Counted from the stretch's first letter, positions 10,691-21,188 are shown. The stretch is DNA of 64,000 bases from Armatimonadota bacterium (GCA_039680575.1 JBDKSP010000011.1:15985-79984); one strand, 5' to 3'. Notes: generated by a model from the sequence alone, not told the origin. Numbers and translations: made by a program.

Positions 10691-11881
10691 ATGCTTATCG
10701 AAATTCATATACTTCAGAACCATTCACCTTCAAACCTGAACAGGGACGATACCGGAAGCCCTAAGGAGGCTATTTTCGGAGGTTGGAAGCGGGCGCGTAT
10801 ATCCAGCCAGTGTCTGAAGCGGAGCATCCGCAGGTCCGGCATATTCCAGCAGGAGATGAATGGTCATCTAGCCAATCGTACCCGGCGGCTGCCGGAACTC
10901 GTGCGGGAAAGGCTCATCGCAGGCGGAGTCCCGGCGGAGTTGGCTGAAATCGCCGCCAGGAAGGCATCCGGCTTCGGCAACAACAAAAATTCGGAGCAGA
11001 AAGCGGATAAAGACGGCAAGTATGCGACGGCTCAGACGATGTTTCTTACTGATAAGGACATCGACGCCGTTACGGAGGTGCTGAAAGAGGCAGCGCTGGC
11101 AGCCGGGACGCCCGAAAAGTTCGAGGCGGACAAGACCAGCTATCAGGAGAAGGCCAGACCGTTAGGTTATCGCCCGGTCAGCGTGGATATAGCGTTATTC
11201 GGCAGGATGATTACTTCAGAGGCCTTCAGAGACTGCGAAGCCTCCGCGCAGGTGGCACACGCCATCTCCACTCATAAAGTCGAGCACGAATATGACTACT
11301 TTACAGCCGTGGACGACCTGAAAGGGACAAGCGAAATCGAGGAAGATGCCGGAGCCGATATGATAGGCGATGTGGAGTTCAATTCCGCCTGTTATTACAA
11401 GTATTTCTCGATAGATTTCGAAGGGTTCGTTGCAAATCTCACGGGTGAGTGCGCAGGGAGAAAAGATATTTCCAAAAACGAGAAAGACGATGCCTCCGAT
11501 CTCGCTGCGCGGGCAGTTGGCGCACTGCTGAAAAGCGCCGTCTTTACGACTCCATCCGGTAAGCAGAACACTTTCGGCGCAAATCAGCTCCCGGCTGCGG
11601 TACTTGTCGAAGTGAGGCCATACAATACTCCTGTCAATTACGCTAACGCATTTGCAGAGCCCGCGAGATACGCCGCTGACGGAGGACTCGTAAAAGATTC
11701 CATAAACAAACTCACAAAGCACATTTCGGCCTTGACAAAAGGTTTCAACCTGGAATCGAAAGCTCGTTTCCTGCTTGCGCCGGAATACCCGGAATGCACC
11801 ATCGAAGGCGTGGGTGTCACCAAAGTCTCTGACATGAATGCCTTGTGTGAGCAGGTGAAGGGTGTGATCCTAAATGGGTAG
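10691..11881 (+). CDS. cas7: Type I-E Cascade backbone Cas7/Cse4 (CasC)
   Basis: IHILQNHSPSNLNRDDTGSPK, RISSQCLKR, DIALFGRM, DYFTAVDD, PSGKQN. Confidence 0.97.
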   Translation: MLIEIHILQNHSPSNLNRDDTGSPKEAIFGGWKRARISSQCLKRSIRRSGIFQQEMNGHLANRTRRLPELVRERLIAGGVPAELAEIAARKASGFGNNKNSEQKADKDGKYATAQTMFLTDKDIDAVTEVLKEAALAAGTPEKFEADKTSYQEKARPLGYRPVSVDIALFGRMITSEAFRDCEASAQVAHAISTHKVEHEYDYFTAVDDLKGTSEIEEDAGADMIGDVEFNSACYYKYFSIDFEGFVANLTGECAGRKDISKNEKDDASDLAARAVGALLKSAVFTTPSGKQNTFGANQLPAAVLVEVRPYNTPVNYANAFAEPARYAADGGLVKDSINKLTKHISALTKGFNLESKARFLLAPEYPECTIEGVGVTKVSDMNALCEQVKGVILNG

Positions 11882-12626
11882 ACCGGTGCTTCTGCTCAGG
11901 CTGGAGGGGGTTTGGCAGTCCTGGGGGGAGAGATCGCGGTGGGATGTCCGCGATACCGGGACGGAGCCGACCAAGTCAGGTATAGTTGGGCTGCTTGGCT
12001 GCGCTCTTGGCTACCCAATGCGCGACCCACGGCTGGAAAATGAGCTCGATGCAGGGCTGCGCTTCGGCGTCCGGGTGGAAAACGCCGGGCGTGTGGTGCA
12101 GGACTATCAGACCGTGAGCGGTTTTCTTCCCACAGCCGAAGGCTCTTACCGTCACATGGGGGCAACAGCGAAATCGCTTGACAAACTTAAAAATTCTCCC
12201 GATGTGACACCATCGACGATAGTATCTCCTCGTTATTATCTGGAAGACGCCTCGTTTTTGGCGGCGTTGGAAGAAAAAGACGGCTTCAATGGGCTGCTGT
12301 CGAAGTGCGAAGCCGCCCTAAGAGAGCCGAAATGGCCGATATTTCTTGGACGAAAGGCCTGTGTGCCTACAAGGCCGGTATTGGAGAGGTTTATTGATGA
12401 CTACAGTAGTATAGAAGAAGCGTTGGAGCAGTATGAGTGGTCGTGGCTGCGTTCATGCAAGGAAGACCGCAGCGATCTTCGTCCGAAAAAGCTGGCTGTA
12501 ATGATCGAAACGGCAAATGGCGAGCTTTGGCGGCAGGATGTGGTGCAGATGAACCAGGCAAGGCAGTATGGGTTCCGCCGCGTGCATTCTTACACTGTCA
12601 ATACCCCGGCAGGAGGTGAGTCCTGA
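11874..12626 (+). CDS. cas5: Type I-E Cas5 (CasD)
   Basis: LLLRLEG..QSWG, PTKSGIVGLLGCALG, RYYLEDA.F, FLGRKAC.P. Confidence 0.95.
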   Translation: MGRPVLLLRLEGVWQSWGERSRWDVRDTGTEPTKSGIVGLLGCALGYPMRDPRLENELDAGLRFGVRVENAGRVVQDYQTVSGFLPTAEGSYRHMGATAKSLDKLKNSPDVTPSTIVSPRYYLEDASFLAALEEKDGFNGLLSKCEAALREPKWPIFLGRKACVPTRPVLERFIDDYSSIEEALEQYEWSWLRSCKEDRSDLRPKKLAVMIETANGELWRQDVVQMNQARQYGFRRVHSYTVNTPAGGES

Positions 12627-13240
12627 TGTATTTGTCCATGCTTCAGCTCAACCCGCGCTGTAAACAGGTGCAGTCTGAGATTTACGACCCTTATCAGATG
12701 CACCGCACACTCTGTAAGGCGTTCGGGGATGATGAGGAATCCTGGAAGAACGCGAGAGTGCTCTTCCGTGTAGATGAAACGAACGGAGGCTGCAAACTCT
12801 GCGCGTTGGTGCAGTCGAAATTGCGCCCCGATTGGACGAAACTGACTGTTCCCGGCAATTACCAGGTCGATGAGCCTAAATTGAAGGAAGTCCAGTTCGC
12901 TCTTGAAACAGGCCAGAGGTTGGGCTTCCGGCTCAGGGCAAATCCGACCGTAAAGCGCGATGGAAAGCGTGAAGGGCTCTATAAAGAGGAAGAACAATAT
13001 GAATGGCTGAGGAAAAAAGGCGAACACGGCGGATTTACCGTGCTGAACGCGATAGCGAGAGCGGACGGTAAGCAGAAGAGCCTTACGGCTAAGGGGAAAG
13101 ACGCGGTTTTACTGTCTGTGATATTCGAAGGCATACTGCAGATAACAGACCCGGAATTGTTCTTGAAAACGCTGGAGTCAGGCATCGGTTCAGCGAAAGG
13201 GTTTGGGTTCGGGCTGCTTTCCATTGCGCCGGTGAGGTAG
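12626..13240 (+). CDS. cas6e: Type I-E crRNA processing endoribonuclease Cas6e/Cse3 (CasE)
   Basis: YQMHR, FRLRANPT, C-terminal G-rich loop GIGSAKGFGFGLLS. Confidence 0.96.
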   Translation: MYLSMLQLNPRCKQVQSEIYDPYQMHRTLCKAFGDDEESWKNARVLFRVDETNGGCKLCALVQSKLRPDWTKLTVPGNYQVDEPKLKEVQFALETGQRLGFRLRANPTVKRDGKREGLYKEEEQYEWLRKKGEHGGFTVLNAIARADGKQKSLTAKGKDAVLLSVIFEGILQITDPELFLKTLESGIGSAKGFGFGLLSIAPVR

Positions 13241-13244
13241 TATT

Positions 13245-14198
13245 ATGACTCGTGATACTAAACTCAAAGACTTGCACCTGCTGCCCAAGATCAAGGACTC
13301 GCTTTCGTTTCTGTATGTAGAGCATGCGAAGATAGATAAACATGATCAAGCCATAGCTATACATGACGCTGATAGCATGACGCCTGTACCGGTGGCTAGC
13401 CTGGCTGTTTTGATGCTCGGTCCGGGAACGACGATCACGCATGCAGCCATCAATGCTCTGGCAGACAATAATTGCCTTGTAATATGGTGCGGAGAGGAAA
13501 ATGTGCGGTTCTATGCCTGCGGGATAGGAGGCACGAGAAGCGCAAATCGACTGTTGAGGCAGGCAAGGCTCGCTTCAAGCGAAACAAGCCGTCTTCAAGT
13601 CGTGAAAAGAATGTACAGGATGCGCTTTGAAGAGGAAATTCCAGAGGAAACCACGGTCGATGCGTTAAGAGGTATGGAAGGCGCAAGAGTAAGACAGGCT
13701 TATTCCAGGCTGAGCGCAGAGACCGGTGTTGACTGGAATGGTAGAAATTACGACAGGCAAAACTGGCAAGCTGCCGATGTGATAAATCGCGCAATATCGG
13801 CAGCGAATTCCTGTCTTTACGGGCTGTGCCACGCCGCGATACTATCGGCTGGGTACAGCCCGGCTATCGGTTTTATTCATACGGGAAAGCAGTTGTCGTT
13901 CGTCTATGACATCGCTGATCTATATAAGGTGGACTTTACTGTGCCACTTGCATTCAAAATGGCGGCAGACCCACCTGCGCAGCTTGAACGAAGTGTAAGG
14001 CTTGCCTGCCGCGATGCTTTCAAAGAGATGAAATTGGTCAGCCGTATCATTCCTGATATAAAGCTCGTTCTTGGAGAAGTAGGAGACGAGGACGAGACGA
14101 GTCTTTTTGATAGCGATGAGGCGTTACCAGCCGAGTTGTGGCTGCCATCATGGGAAGTTCAGGATAAGGTGACGGAAGATGATGGTACTGATACTTGA
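13245..14198 (+). CDS. cas1: CRISPR-associated endonuclease Cas1 (type I-E)
   Basis: LMLGPGTTITHAA, LRGMEGARV, PAIGFIHTG, FVYDIADLYK. Confidence 0.98.
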   Translation: MTRDTKLKDLHLLPKIKDSLSFLYVEHAKIDKHDQAIAIHDADSMTPVPVASLAVLMLGPGTTITHAAINALADNNCLVIWCGEENVRFYACGIGGTRSANRLLRQARLASSETSRLQVVKRMYRMRFEEEIPEETTVDALRGMEGARVRQAYSRLSAETGVDWNGRNYDRQNWQAADVINRAISAANSCLYGLCHAAILSAGYSPAIGFIHTGKQLSFVYDIADLYKVDFTVPLAFKMAADPPAQLERSVRLACRDAFKEMKLVSRIIPDIKLVLGEVGDEDETSLFDSDEALPAELWLPSWEVQDKVTEDDGTDT

Positions 14199-14466
14199 GA
14201 GTGTTCCATCCGGATTGCGGGGTGAGATCAGCCGATGGTTGATCGAACCGAAGGCAGGTGTGTTTGTCGGGAAAGTATCAGCCATGGTGCGCGATAAGCT
14301 GTGGCAGAAAGCCTGCGAGCATTCTAAAGGGGGTGGGGTAACTATGATATATAGCACAAATAATGAACAGGGATATACATTTAGGACGTTTGGTGAAACA
14401 TCGCGTTCTATTGTTGACTGGGAAGGCTTGATGCTCGTGAGGATAGACAATAATTCGTCATCCTAG
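14179..14466 (+). CDS. cas2: CRISPR-associated Cas2 (type I-E)
   Basis: P.GLRGEISRWLIE..AGVFVG, NNEQGY, DWEGLMLV. Confidence 0.96.
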   Translation: MMVLILESVPSGLRGEISRWLIEPKAGVFVGKVSAMVRDKLWQKACEHSKGGGVTMIYSTNNEQGYTFRTFGETSRSIVDWEGLMLVRIDNNSSS

Positions 14467-14467
14467 A

Positions 14468-16021
14468 GTATTCCCCACACACGTGGGGGTGAACCGCGGA
14501 GTTGCAGCGGCAAATGGCACAGATACAGGTATTCCCCACACACGTGGGGGTGAACCGCATTGGAATCGCGCTGTGCGGCGGCCACAAAAGTATTCCCCAC
14601 ACACGTGGGGGTGAACCGAGCCTCCAGAACCCATCCCACAGCAGTTACGAGTATTCCCCACACACGTGGGGGTGAACCGATGTTTTCATTTCCCCTGCTC
14701 CTCCTTCAGATGTATTCCCCACACACGTGGGGGTGAACCGTTTATGCAGGCTACGGCCGATCTTTCCGCTGGGTATTCCCCACACACGTGGGGGTGAACC
14801 GGGTCAATTCCTCATTTTCACGCACTAGTGATTGTATTCCCCACACACGTGGGGGTGAACCGGCCTTGAGCACTGCTGTTTCGAGTTCTGCCCTGTATTC
14901 CCCACACACGTGGGGGTGAACCGTCCGGGGTGTTGTGGTTTGTATCAACTCAGGTGTATTCCCCACACACGTGGGGGTGAACCGCAGCTCGAGCTTGCGG
15001 AAAAGCAGCAGGAGTTGTATTCCCCACACACGTGGGGGTGAACCGTCATCCGCAAACCCGATAGCGACGGTGTCGCCGTATTCCCCACACACGTGGGGGT
15101 GAACCGCCGACTGTCCGGGTAGATATGCTCTGCTATAAGTATTCCCCACACACGTGGGGGTGAACCGTTAGGGTCACTGTAGGCACAATTCTGGCCTTGG
15201 TATTCCCCACACACGTGGGGGTGAACCGATATATTGTCCGCTGAACCGTGGGACGACAGCGTATTCCCCACACACGTGGGGGTGAACCGAACATACTTGC
15301 CGTTGACCATCCCCCAGCCGTGTATTCCCCACACACGTGGGGGTGAACCGAACTGTGCAGGGTATTGGATCGCCGGCGTCACGTATTCCCCACACACGTG
15401 GGGGTGAACCGGGGAGACAGAATCATGAACGAGCAAATACACAGTATTCCCCACACACGTGGGGGTGAACCGGTTCGCAGGTGGTTTCACGCATAAACTC
15501 AACCGTATTCCCCACACACGTGGGGGTGAACCGGGTCGCCACTCTTTCTGGCATTCAGCCGGTCAGTATTCCCCACACACGTGGGGGTGAACCGCAGTGC
15601 TCCCTGAGTTCCAGCGAAGCACCGTCGTATTCCCCACACACGTGGGGGTGAACCGGGAGTGCGGTGAACCCGCTGCCCCTCCAGACTGTATTCCCCACAC
15701 ACGTGGGGGTGAACCGACTGCCGTGAGCACAGAGAACGCTAAAACCGCGTATTCCCCACACACGTGGGGGTGAACCGCGTGTCAGCATTCGTTCGCGCAG
15801 CAGTGCAGAGTATTCCCCACACACGTGGGGGTGAACCGATAGTACCGGCACTGAAATACCGGTGCTGAACGTATTCCCCACACACGTGGGGGTGAACCGG
15901 ACAAGGACAAGTTCCACTGCTTGGACGCTCTGTATTCCCCACACACGTGGGGGTGAACCGATGTAAAGGCGCAAAACAATCTACACGAACTAGTATTCCC
16001 CACACACGTGGGGGTGAACCG
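14468..16021 (+). CRISPR. Type I-E CRISPR array: 26 identical 29-bp repeats GTATTCCCCACACACGTGGGGGTGAACCG and 25 unique 32-bp spacers
   Basis: Exact 61-bp period from 14468 to 15993; hairpin repeat resembling the E. coli I-E repeat in + orientation. Confidence 0.99.
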
Positions 16022-16037
16022 GACGGCATTGGCTTTC

Positions 16038-18410
16038 CTAATCCCGTTGTTTTCTTCTCACTATCAGCATCCCGGCTATGAATGCGAGCGAGGAGAAATA
16101 CAGGATCATTCCGGTCCGGTATGGTGTGTTCACGTACTCCATTCTTATATCATGTTTGCCTTTGGGGAGGTATACCGCCCGGAACAGGTAGTCTGCGCAC
16201 AGGACTTTTACGGGTTTTCCGTCTACCCATGCCTGCCACCGTGGGTAATATACCTCACTGAAGAACAGGTAGCCGTTTGACGCCATATCAGCCTTAACAT
16301 CGAGCCTGGTATCCGAGTAGGACGTAATTACTGCCCGGTCTTTTGCCGGATTGCCCGGAACCCGGCGAATTACGTTTCTGTTTTCGAGTATTATCGTCTT
16401 TTTTGGATCAAAGTCCGGCTCTTTTATCTCTTTAAGCGCTGCGTCGGGACTTTCCGCAAGTGTCGCGCTGTGAACGGTGAAAACTCTCGGAAGCCAGTTC
16501 CTGTTGTAGTAGACAAATGACTTTCCCGCGTGGATTTCCGCAAGATGGCTGCCTGTCAATCGCTTCGTGGATAGCACATACTTTACGTTGAGCAGGCCGA
16601 CCAAAGGGGAATCATGCCGGGTAATATCAGCGCTCACTCCGACATACGCAGGCGTGTTCTGGATAGCTCCTGCGTAGGCTGCGTAACGGCCTATTGAAGT
16701 GGGATAATAGCCGTTGACGCTCTCCAGCCCGTCAAAAACCCCCTGGGCGTATTGAAATGAGTCCGTGTCCATAGGAAGTATGCGGAAGCGGTCGCTGTCG
16801 GCTTTGATGATATTTATCGCCATTCTGTCCCCGGAAGTATAGAATTTCCGCGCGTTTGTGGTGAAAAGCAGCGGATCGGCATAAAACCACAGGTCGATAA
16901 ACGATAATGCGATGAGTGCGGTCGCGGCGGCATTAAGACTGATCCATTTTCGCGTAAGAGCAGTGACTGCTAGAGTCCCTAGCGCAATAAGCGCCGCAGT
17001 CCAGGCAAGTCCCGATAGCTGCATCGCATAAAGTCCTGCCAGTTTGCCCATAACGGCTTCGGGGTTGCTCCTGGTAGAGCCGATAATGCGTTCGGCGTGC
17101 GATAATATAATGCCTTTTGCCGCCCACCAGGCCACGAGGGAGATAATTACGGCGAGAAACGAGAAAGCCATGACCTTCCTGGCCAGCACAGCCTTGCCTT
17201 GTGCGTTTTGCGTCTCCGGTTCGATGGCAGCGAGTCGCGGAGACCTGAGCCTGACCGATGATGAGATCACTATATCAGTTCCGTAAGCCGCAAGCCCCGC
17301 CATTGCGAATGTATAGAGGTAAAGTATCTTGCTTGGAGCCCGGATCATACTGAAACCGGGGATTTTGTATATCAATTTGAAGAACGGAGTATAATCACCG
17401 AGCGCGATCAGGATAGATAAAATGGCAAGCGCCTTGAAATATCCCGCGCGGGAGTCACGCATACCGAAAAATGCGATGATAGCGAGAATGAACGGCAGAA
17501 TGCCGATGAACATCGATCCGTCCCAGTAAAGCGCGCCGAAAGCGGAGTTTTCCTGCACCGGGCTGCCCCAGAACGAGGGCGCTATAGCAGTGACGAGCTG
17601 TGCAGGAGCGAGCGAAAACGAGGATGCGAAGCTGTAGTCCGTGCCGCCTCCACGGTTGGAAAGCGCTGTTGATTCTAAAAACTGCAGGATATATGGAGAG
17701 GATATAAAAAACGTGAAAAGAAAGGCTATTACAGCGAGACCAGCGTAAACCGGGACCAGGTTGAGCTTTCGTTCTTTGGCAACCATCGGCAAAACGCGCC
17801 AGATAAAGAAGATGGCCATAGCCAGCCCGGTGTAGTAGACATATTGTGGGTGCAGCCCAAGCAGTTGAAACCCCAGGACCACACCGGTCAGAGCAGCATA
17901 CCGGAACTGCCTTGTCTCGACAGCTTTGTCAAGGAACAGAAACGTGAGTGGTATCCACACGCCCGACCAGATTGCGCCGCCATGACCCGCGTATATCTTC
18001 GAGATAAAGAACGCTGAGAACCCGAAGGCCATTCCTCCGATGATGGAGCCCGTATTGCTGCGTCCGAACCTTCGCATGAGCATGTACATAAAGACCGCGG
18101 CTCCGAATATATGGATGATATACCGCCATGTCATCTCTCTTGGGAGCGGCATTGTCAGGCACAACCAGTCCAGAGGGTAAAGAGGTATAGCGGATGTGAG
18201 AGGAAAGCCGCTCATCATATAGGGGAACCAGTCAGGTCTCACTCCGCTTTGCACAGCATGGCTGAAATACCAACTGAACGGGTAACCCTGCGTAACGATA
18301 TCCATTCCGAAAATAGTACCCGGTCTGAAAATGACATTGTGGAAGATCAGCAGAGTCGAAATGGCGAAAAGCACAGCTACGGATGGACCGAAAGCAGCCT
18401 GTTTTTTCAT
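16038..18410 (-). CDS. YfhO-family multi-pass membrane protein (GT-C type glycosyltransferase)
   Basis: W.PY..SG.P N-terminal motif, about 12 TM helices, LLNVKY, C-terminal SEVYYPRWQAWVDGKP..ADYLFRAV.LPKGKH. Confidence 0.85.
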   Translation of the reverse strand: MKKQAAFGPSVAVLFAISTLLIFHNVIFRPGTIFGMDIVTQGYPFSWYFSHAVQSGVRPDWFPYMMSGFPLTSAIPLYPLDWLCLTMPLPREMTWRYIIHIFGAAVFMYMLMRRFGRSNTGSIIGGMAFGFSAFFISKIYAGHGGAIWSGVWIPLTFLFLDKAVETRQFRYAALTGVVLGFQLLGLHPQYVYYTGLAMAIFFIWRVLPMVAKERKLNLVPVYAGLAVIAFLFTFFISSPYILQFLESTALSNRGGGTDYSFASSFSLAPAQLVTAIAPSFWGSPVQENSAFGALYWDGSMFIGILPFILAIIAFFGMRDSRAGYFKALAILSILIALGDYTPFFKLIYKIPGFSMIRAPSKILYLYTFAMAGLAAYGTDIVISSSVRLRSPRLAAIEPETQNAQGKAVLARKVMAFSFLAVIISLVAWWAAKGIILSHAERIIGSTRSNPEAVMGKLAGLYAMQLSGLAWTAALIALGTLAVTALTRKWISLNAAATALIALSFIDLWFYADPLLFTTNARKFYTSGDRMAINIIKADSDRFRILPMDTDSFQYAQGVFDGLESVNGYYPTSIGRYAAYAGAIQNTPAYVGVSADITRHDSPLVGLLNVKYVLSTKRLTGSHLAEIHAGKSFVYYNRNWLPRVFTVHSATLAESPDAALKEIKEPDFDPKKTIILENRNVIRRVPGNPAKDRAVITSYSDTRLDVKADMASNGYLFFSEVYYPRWQAWVDGKPVKVLCADYLFRAVYLPKGKHDIRMEYVNTPYRTGMILYFSSLAFIAGMLIVRRKQRD

Positions 18411-18442
18411 CTTGATACACGGCCTCCTTTAAGAGGTTGCAA

Positions 18443-19603
18443 TTACTTATGTGCCGGCTTCAGCAGGCCGAGCATAGTTGCGCCGATTTTGGCGGCAGTC
18501 GCGGTATTGAGCAGCATATTGGAGTAGGCCTGGTTGGCGAGAGGACACCAGCAATTGCCTTTCTTTATGTATTGCCGGATTTCATCCGCGCGCGGCGAGC
18601 GCCAGATCCTCCAGAAGTCGTAATCATAATCCGAGAGTCGTCCCATCGACTTGTCATACCCCAGTACGCAGCACGGCCATACGTCTCCATAGGGGCTGAT
18701 GTGAACATTCGATATTCCTCCGTAGCAGGGCAGCACCTGTTTTCTCTCGTGCAGAATACGTACGACGAGATTGTAATAAACGAGTCTCGATGCGCTTATC
18801 TGCTTTCCGAGCTTTCCGGCTTCTCTCAAGTGCCTGCGGCTTTCATCGGAGAAAGCCCGAATTGCCTGTTCGTAGTCATCCGCGGTCGGGGTGATCGAGT
18901 CTTCCTCGTTGAACATCTCGCTTCTCTGCTCGGCAATCTCGCTTATGTAGCTGTCCAACCCCAGAAGGTGAACGAAACGGGCGACTTCTCTGATATTATG
19001 CACGTTATAGCTGGATATGACCGTTCCAGCGCCGACCTCCAGGTTCGAATAGCGCTCTTTCAGCTTTTTCAGCCGGTTTATGGTCTCCAGCAGCTTATCG
19101 AAGTTACCGGGGACACCTCGGATCTCGTCATGTGAGTCTCCCACGCCATCGAATGAAGGCTTGACGGTAAACATGACCTGTCTTTTGCTTGCTTTAAGCC
19201 GTTTCAGGATATCTTCCGTCATTGCGACTATCCGGTCGGTCAGGATGGCGTTCGTCGGAGTATGGATAACCCCAGGCGTGAGCAGTTCATTAGCGAGTTC
19301 CACTATCTGAGGGAAATCTTTTCTGAGGAATGGTTCGCCGCCGCTCATATTGACAAAATAGACGTGTCCCAGGCTCTTGAAAAGCCTCTCGAAGTCTCCG
19401 AGCGTCATTTCGTCTTTCAGGTTTGTGCCGCACTCGCCGCGATACATATCCCATATATTACAGGTCTTGCATCTGGACTGGCACATGTTGGTGACGGAAA
19501 GGGTGATGTTTATGGGACGGCCCGGAGACACCATACCCAATCGGGCCAGTTTATAGTTCATCGTCCTGGGAAGTATGTCAGTTATCAGCGCTTTAGGGGT
19601 CAT
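18443..19603 (-). CDS. Radical SAM protein with SPASM/twitch domain
   Basis: CQSRCKTC CxxxCxxC, SGGEPFLR, HDEIRGVPGNF, C-terminal CYGG..GDVWPCC..CWC; likely start MTPK at 19603. Confidence 0.9.
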   Translation of the reverse strand: MTPKALITDILPRTMNYKLARLGMVSPGRPINITLSVTNMCQSRCKTCNIWDMYRGECGTNLKDEMTLGDFERLFKSLGHVYFVNMSGGEPFLRKDFPQIVELANELLTPGVIHTPTNAILTDRIVAMTEDILKRLKASKRQVMFTVKPSFDGVGDSHDEIRGVPGNFDKLLETINRLKKLKERYSNLEVGAGTVISSYNVHNIREVARFVHLLGLDSYISEIAEQRSEMFNEEDSITPTADDYEQAIRAFSDESRRHLREAGKLGKQISASRLVYYNLVVRILHERKQVLPCYGGISNVHISPYGDVWPCCVLGYDKSMGRLSDYDYDFWRIWRSPRADEIRQYIKKGNCWCPLANQAYSNMLLNTATAAKIGATMLGLLKPAHK

Positions 19604-19625
19604 ACCACCAACAGTTAGCCTCCGT

Positions 19626-21188
19626 TTATTCTTCAGCACCTTTACCCGGAACTGCTGAGGCGTAAACATGCCCGGCAGAAGGATTAAGCATCGATTTTGC
19701 TGAACGGTACGATTCTCTATCGAGAGAAACAGCGATGAGCGGATACGCGATAAGCGTGAGTATAGCCGATCCGAGCGCTGTAGCAAGCCCGCTCGGAAGT
19801 ATGAGTGCTGCAATGGCAAACGAGGCGCCGACAGCGCATAATGAGCTGAAAAGCGGGTGTTTGAACATCTCCGCATATCCGCCCACAGTCATATCCAGCA
19901 TCTTGACGACCTTCCAAAGCGCCATGCTTGTGCCGATAATGTAGGCACAGGTGAAAAGGACCGCAACACCAGCCGCACCGAACTTTATCGCAACCGGATA
20001 GACAAGCGGCGCCGCGATGCCGAGCTGCAGGAAGTTAAGCCGGTACACCCACTTGGGCTCACCCATGGCCATAAAAACGATCCCTGCTGTCGCGCCGATA
20101 GACCGGAACATCCCGTAAAACGCAAGTATTCTGAAAAGCGGTATAGCAGGAGCCCATTTTCTTCCGAAAAACCCCAGCACGAAGTCGCTTGCCGCAAGCG
20201 CCAGCCATATCGCTGCCGGGAAAGAGAGCATCGAAATGCTCTTCACGGTCCGAGTGTATGCTCGTCTCAAGGCCGGTATATCATTGTTCAGTTTCGAGTA
20301 AGTAGGAAACATCACTTTGTTGACGATGTGAGTGATATTCGTCGCGGGCAGGTTGCAGATGGTATAGGCAAGGCTGTAGTAGCCGAGGATAGTCACGCCC
20401 AGCCATCTCCCGATAGCCGCGTTGTCGATATAGAAAAAGGCAAGGAACAGGAATGTGGCTGCCATCAGCGGTTTTCCGAAACTGAGTGTGCGTTTGGCGC
20501 TTTCTTTATGAAAAGATGCAACCGGCTTCCAACCCGCGACTGTCCAGGTGACAATGGCGGATATTGTAACGCTTGCCAGATGTCCGATTACGAGGCTCCA
20601 TACTCCGAGCCCTTTGTAAGCGAGCGTGATCGAAACGGCTGCATAGGAAAGACCCATCGCAAGCTCCGGCAGCGCCCGCCTTTTGAACTCAAGGTCTTTT
20701 TCCAGAAGAGTCGAAGGGACTGTCGCAAGTGAAGATAAAACGACTGAAAAGCTCATTATCCTGAGCGGCCAGATGAACGCCGGTCCGCCGAACACCATTG
20801 AGATAAGCGGGCTCGCTGCATAGATCACAGCCCATGCGCTGAAGCCGAATATTGCGCTCATCAGAAATGTCGTTTCGGCGTTTTTCTGCACATCGGTCTT
20901 ATGGTAGATAAGCGCCTGGCCGAATCCAAGGTCGCGGAAGAGTGTCAGCGCGGTTACGATCATTGTCCCAAGTGCGAACAGCCCGAATACGGATGGAGCC
21001 AGCAGCCGTGCAAGCACGATTGTCACCAGAAACTGCATTATCCTGACGGTAATCGCGCCTGTAAACGTCCAGCCGACTCCGGTAATTACGTTTCTGCCAA
21101 TAGTTTTTTTCATATAGTCCGCCTGATAGTCAGTGTCGTTGTGTTTTGGAATCTGTTCGATCTTGAGCCGGTCGGCTAACGTCGCCAT
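19626..21188 (-). CDS. Polysaccharide flippase (Wzx/PST, MOP superfamily); start uncertain (21188 or 21113)
   Basis: LARLLAPSVFG, D.G..ALI, GVWSLV, LGYYSLA, about 12-14 TM segments. Confidence 0.88.
   Translation of the reverse strand: MATLADRLKIEQIPKHNDTDYQADYMKKTIGRNVITGVGWTFTGAITVRIMQFLVTIVLARLLAPSVFGLFALGTMIVTALTLFRDLGFGQALIYHKTDVQKNAETTFLMSAIFGFSAWAVIYAASPLISMVFGGPAFIWPLRIMSFSVVLSSLATVPSTLLEKDLEFKRRALPELAMGLSYAAVSITLAYKGLGVWSLVIGHLASVTISAIVTWTVAGWKPVASFHKESAKRTLSFGKPLMAATFLFLAFFYIDNAAIGRWLGVTILGYYSLAYTICNLPATNITHIVNKVMFPTYSKLNNDIPALRRAYTRTVKSISMLSFPAAIWLALAASDFVLGFFGRKWAPAIPLFRILAFYGMFRSIGATAGIVFMAMGEPKWVYRLNFLQLGIAAPLVYPVAIKFGAAGVAVLFTCAYIIGTSMALWKVVKMLDMTVGGYAEMFKHPLFSSLCAVGASFAIAALILPSGLATALGSAILTLIAYPLIAVSLDRESYRSAKSMLNPSAGHVYASAVPGKGAEE

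Noticed and set aside
8428..12626. Possible HNH-fused Cas5/Cas8 type I variant, or link to the HNH at 43281
   Set aside because: Cas5 and Cas8e have ordinary lengths with no HNH motif, Cas3 is intact, and the HNH gene is about 27 kb away
14497..15992. Self-targeting spacers within the window
   Set aside because: No full-length match seen by eye (only short chance matches); a computational search is needed to be certain
14408..16280. Many short ORFs with repeated VHPHVCGEY / RFTPTCVGN / GSPPRVWG motifs
   Set aside because: These are translations of the CRISPR repeats, not proteins
19604..19876. N-terminal extension of the radical SAM ORF to 19876
   Set aside because: Overlaps the flippase gene and looks non-protein-like; the start at 19603 is more plausible
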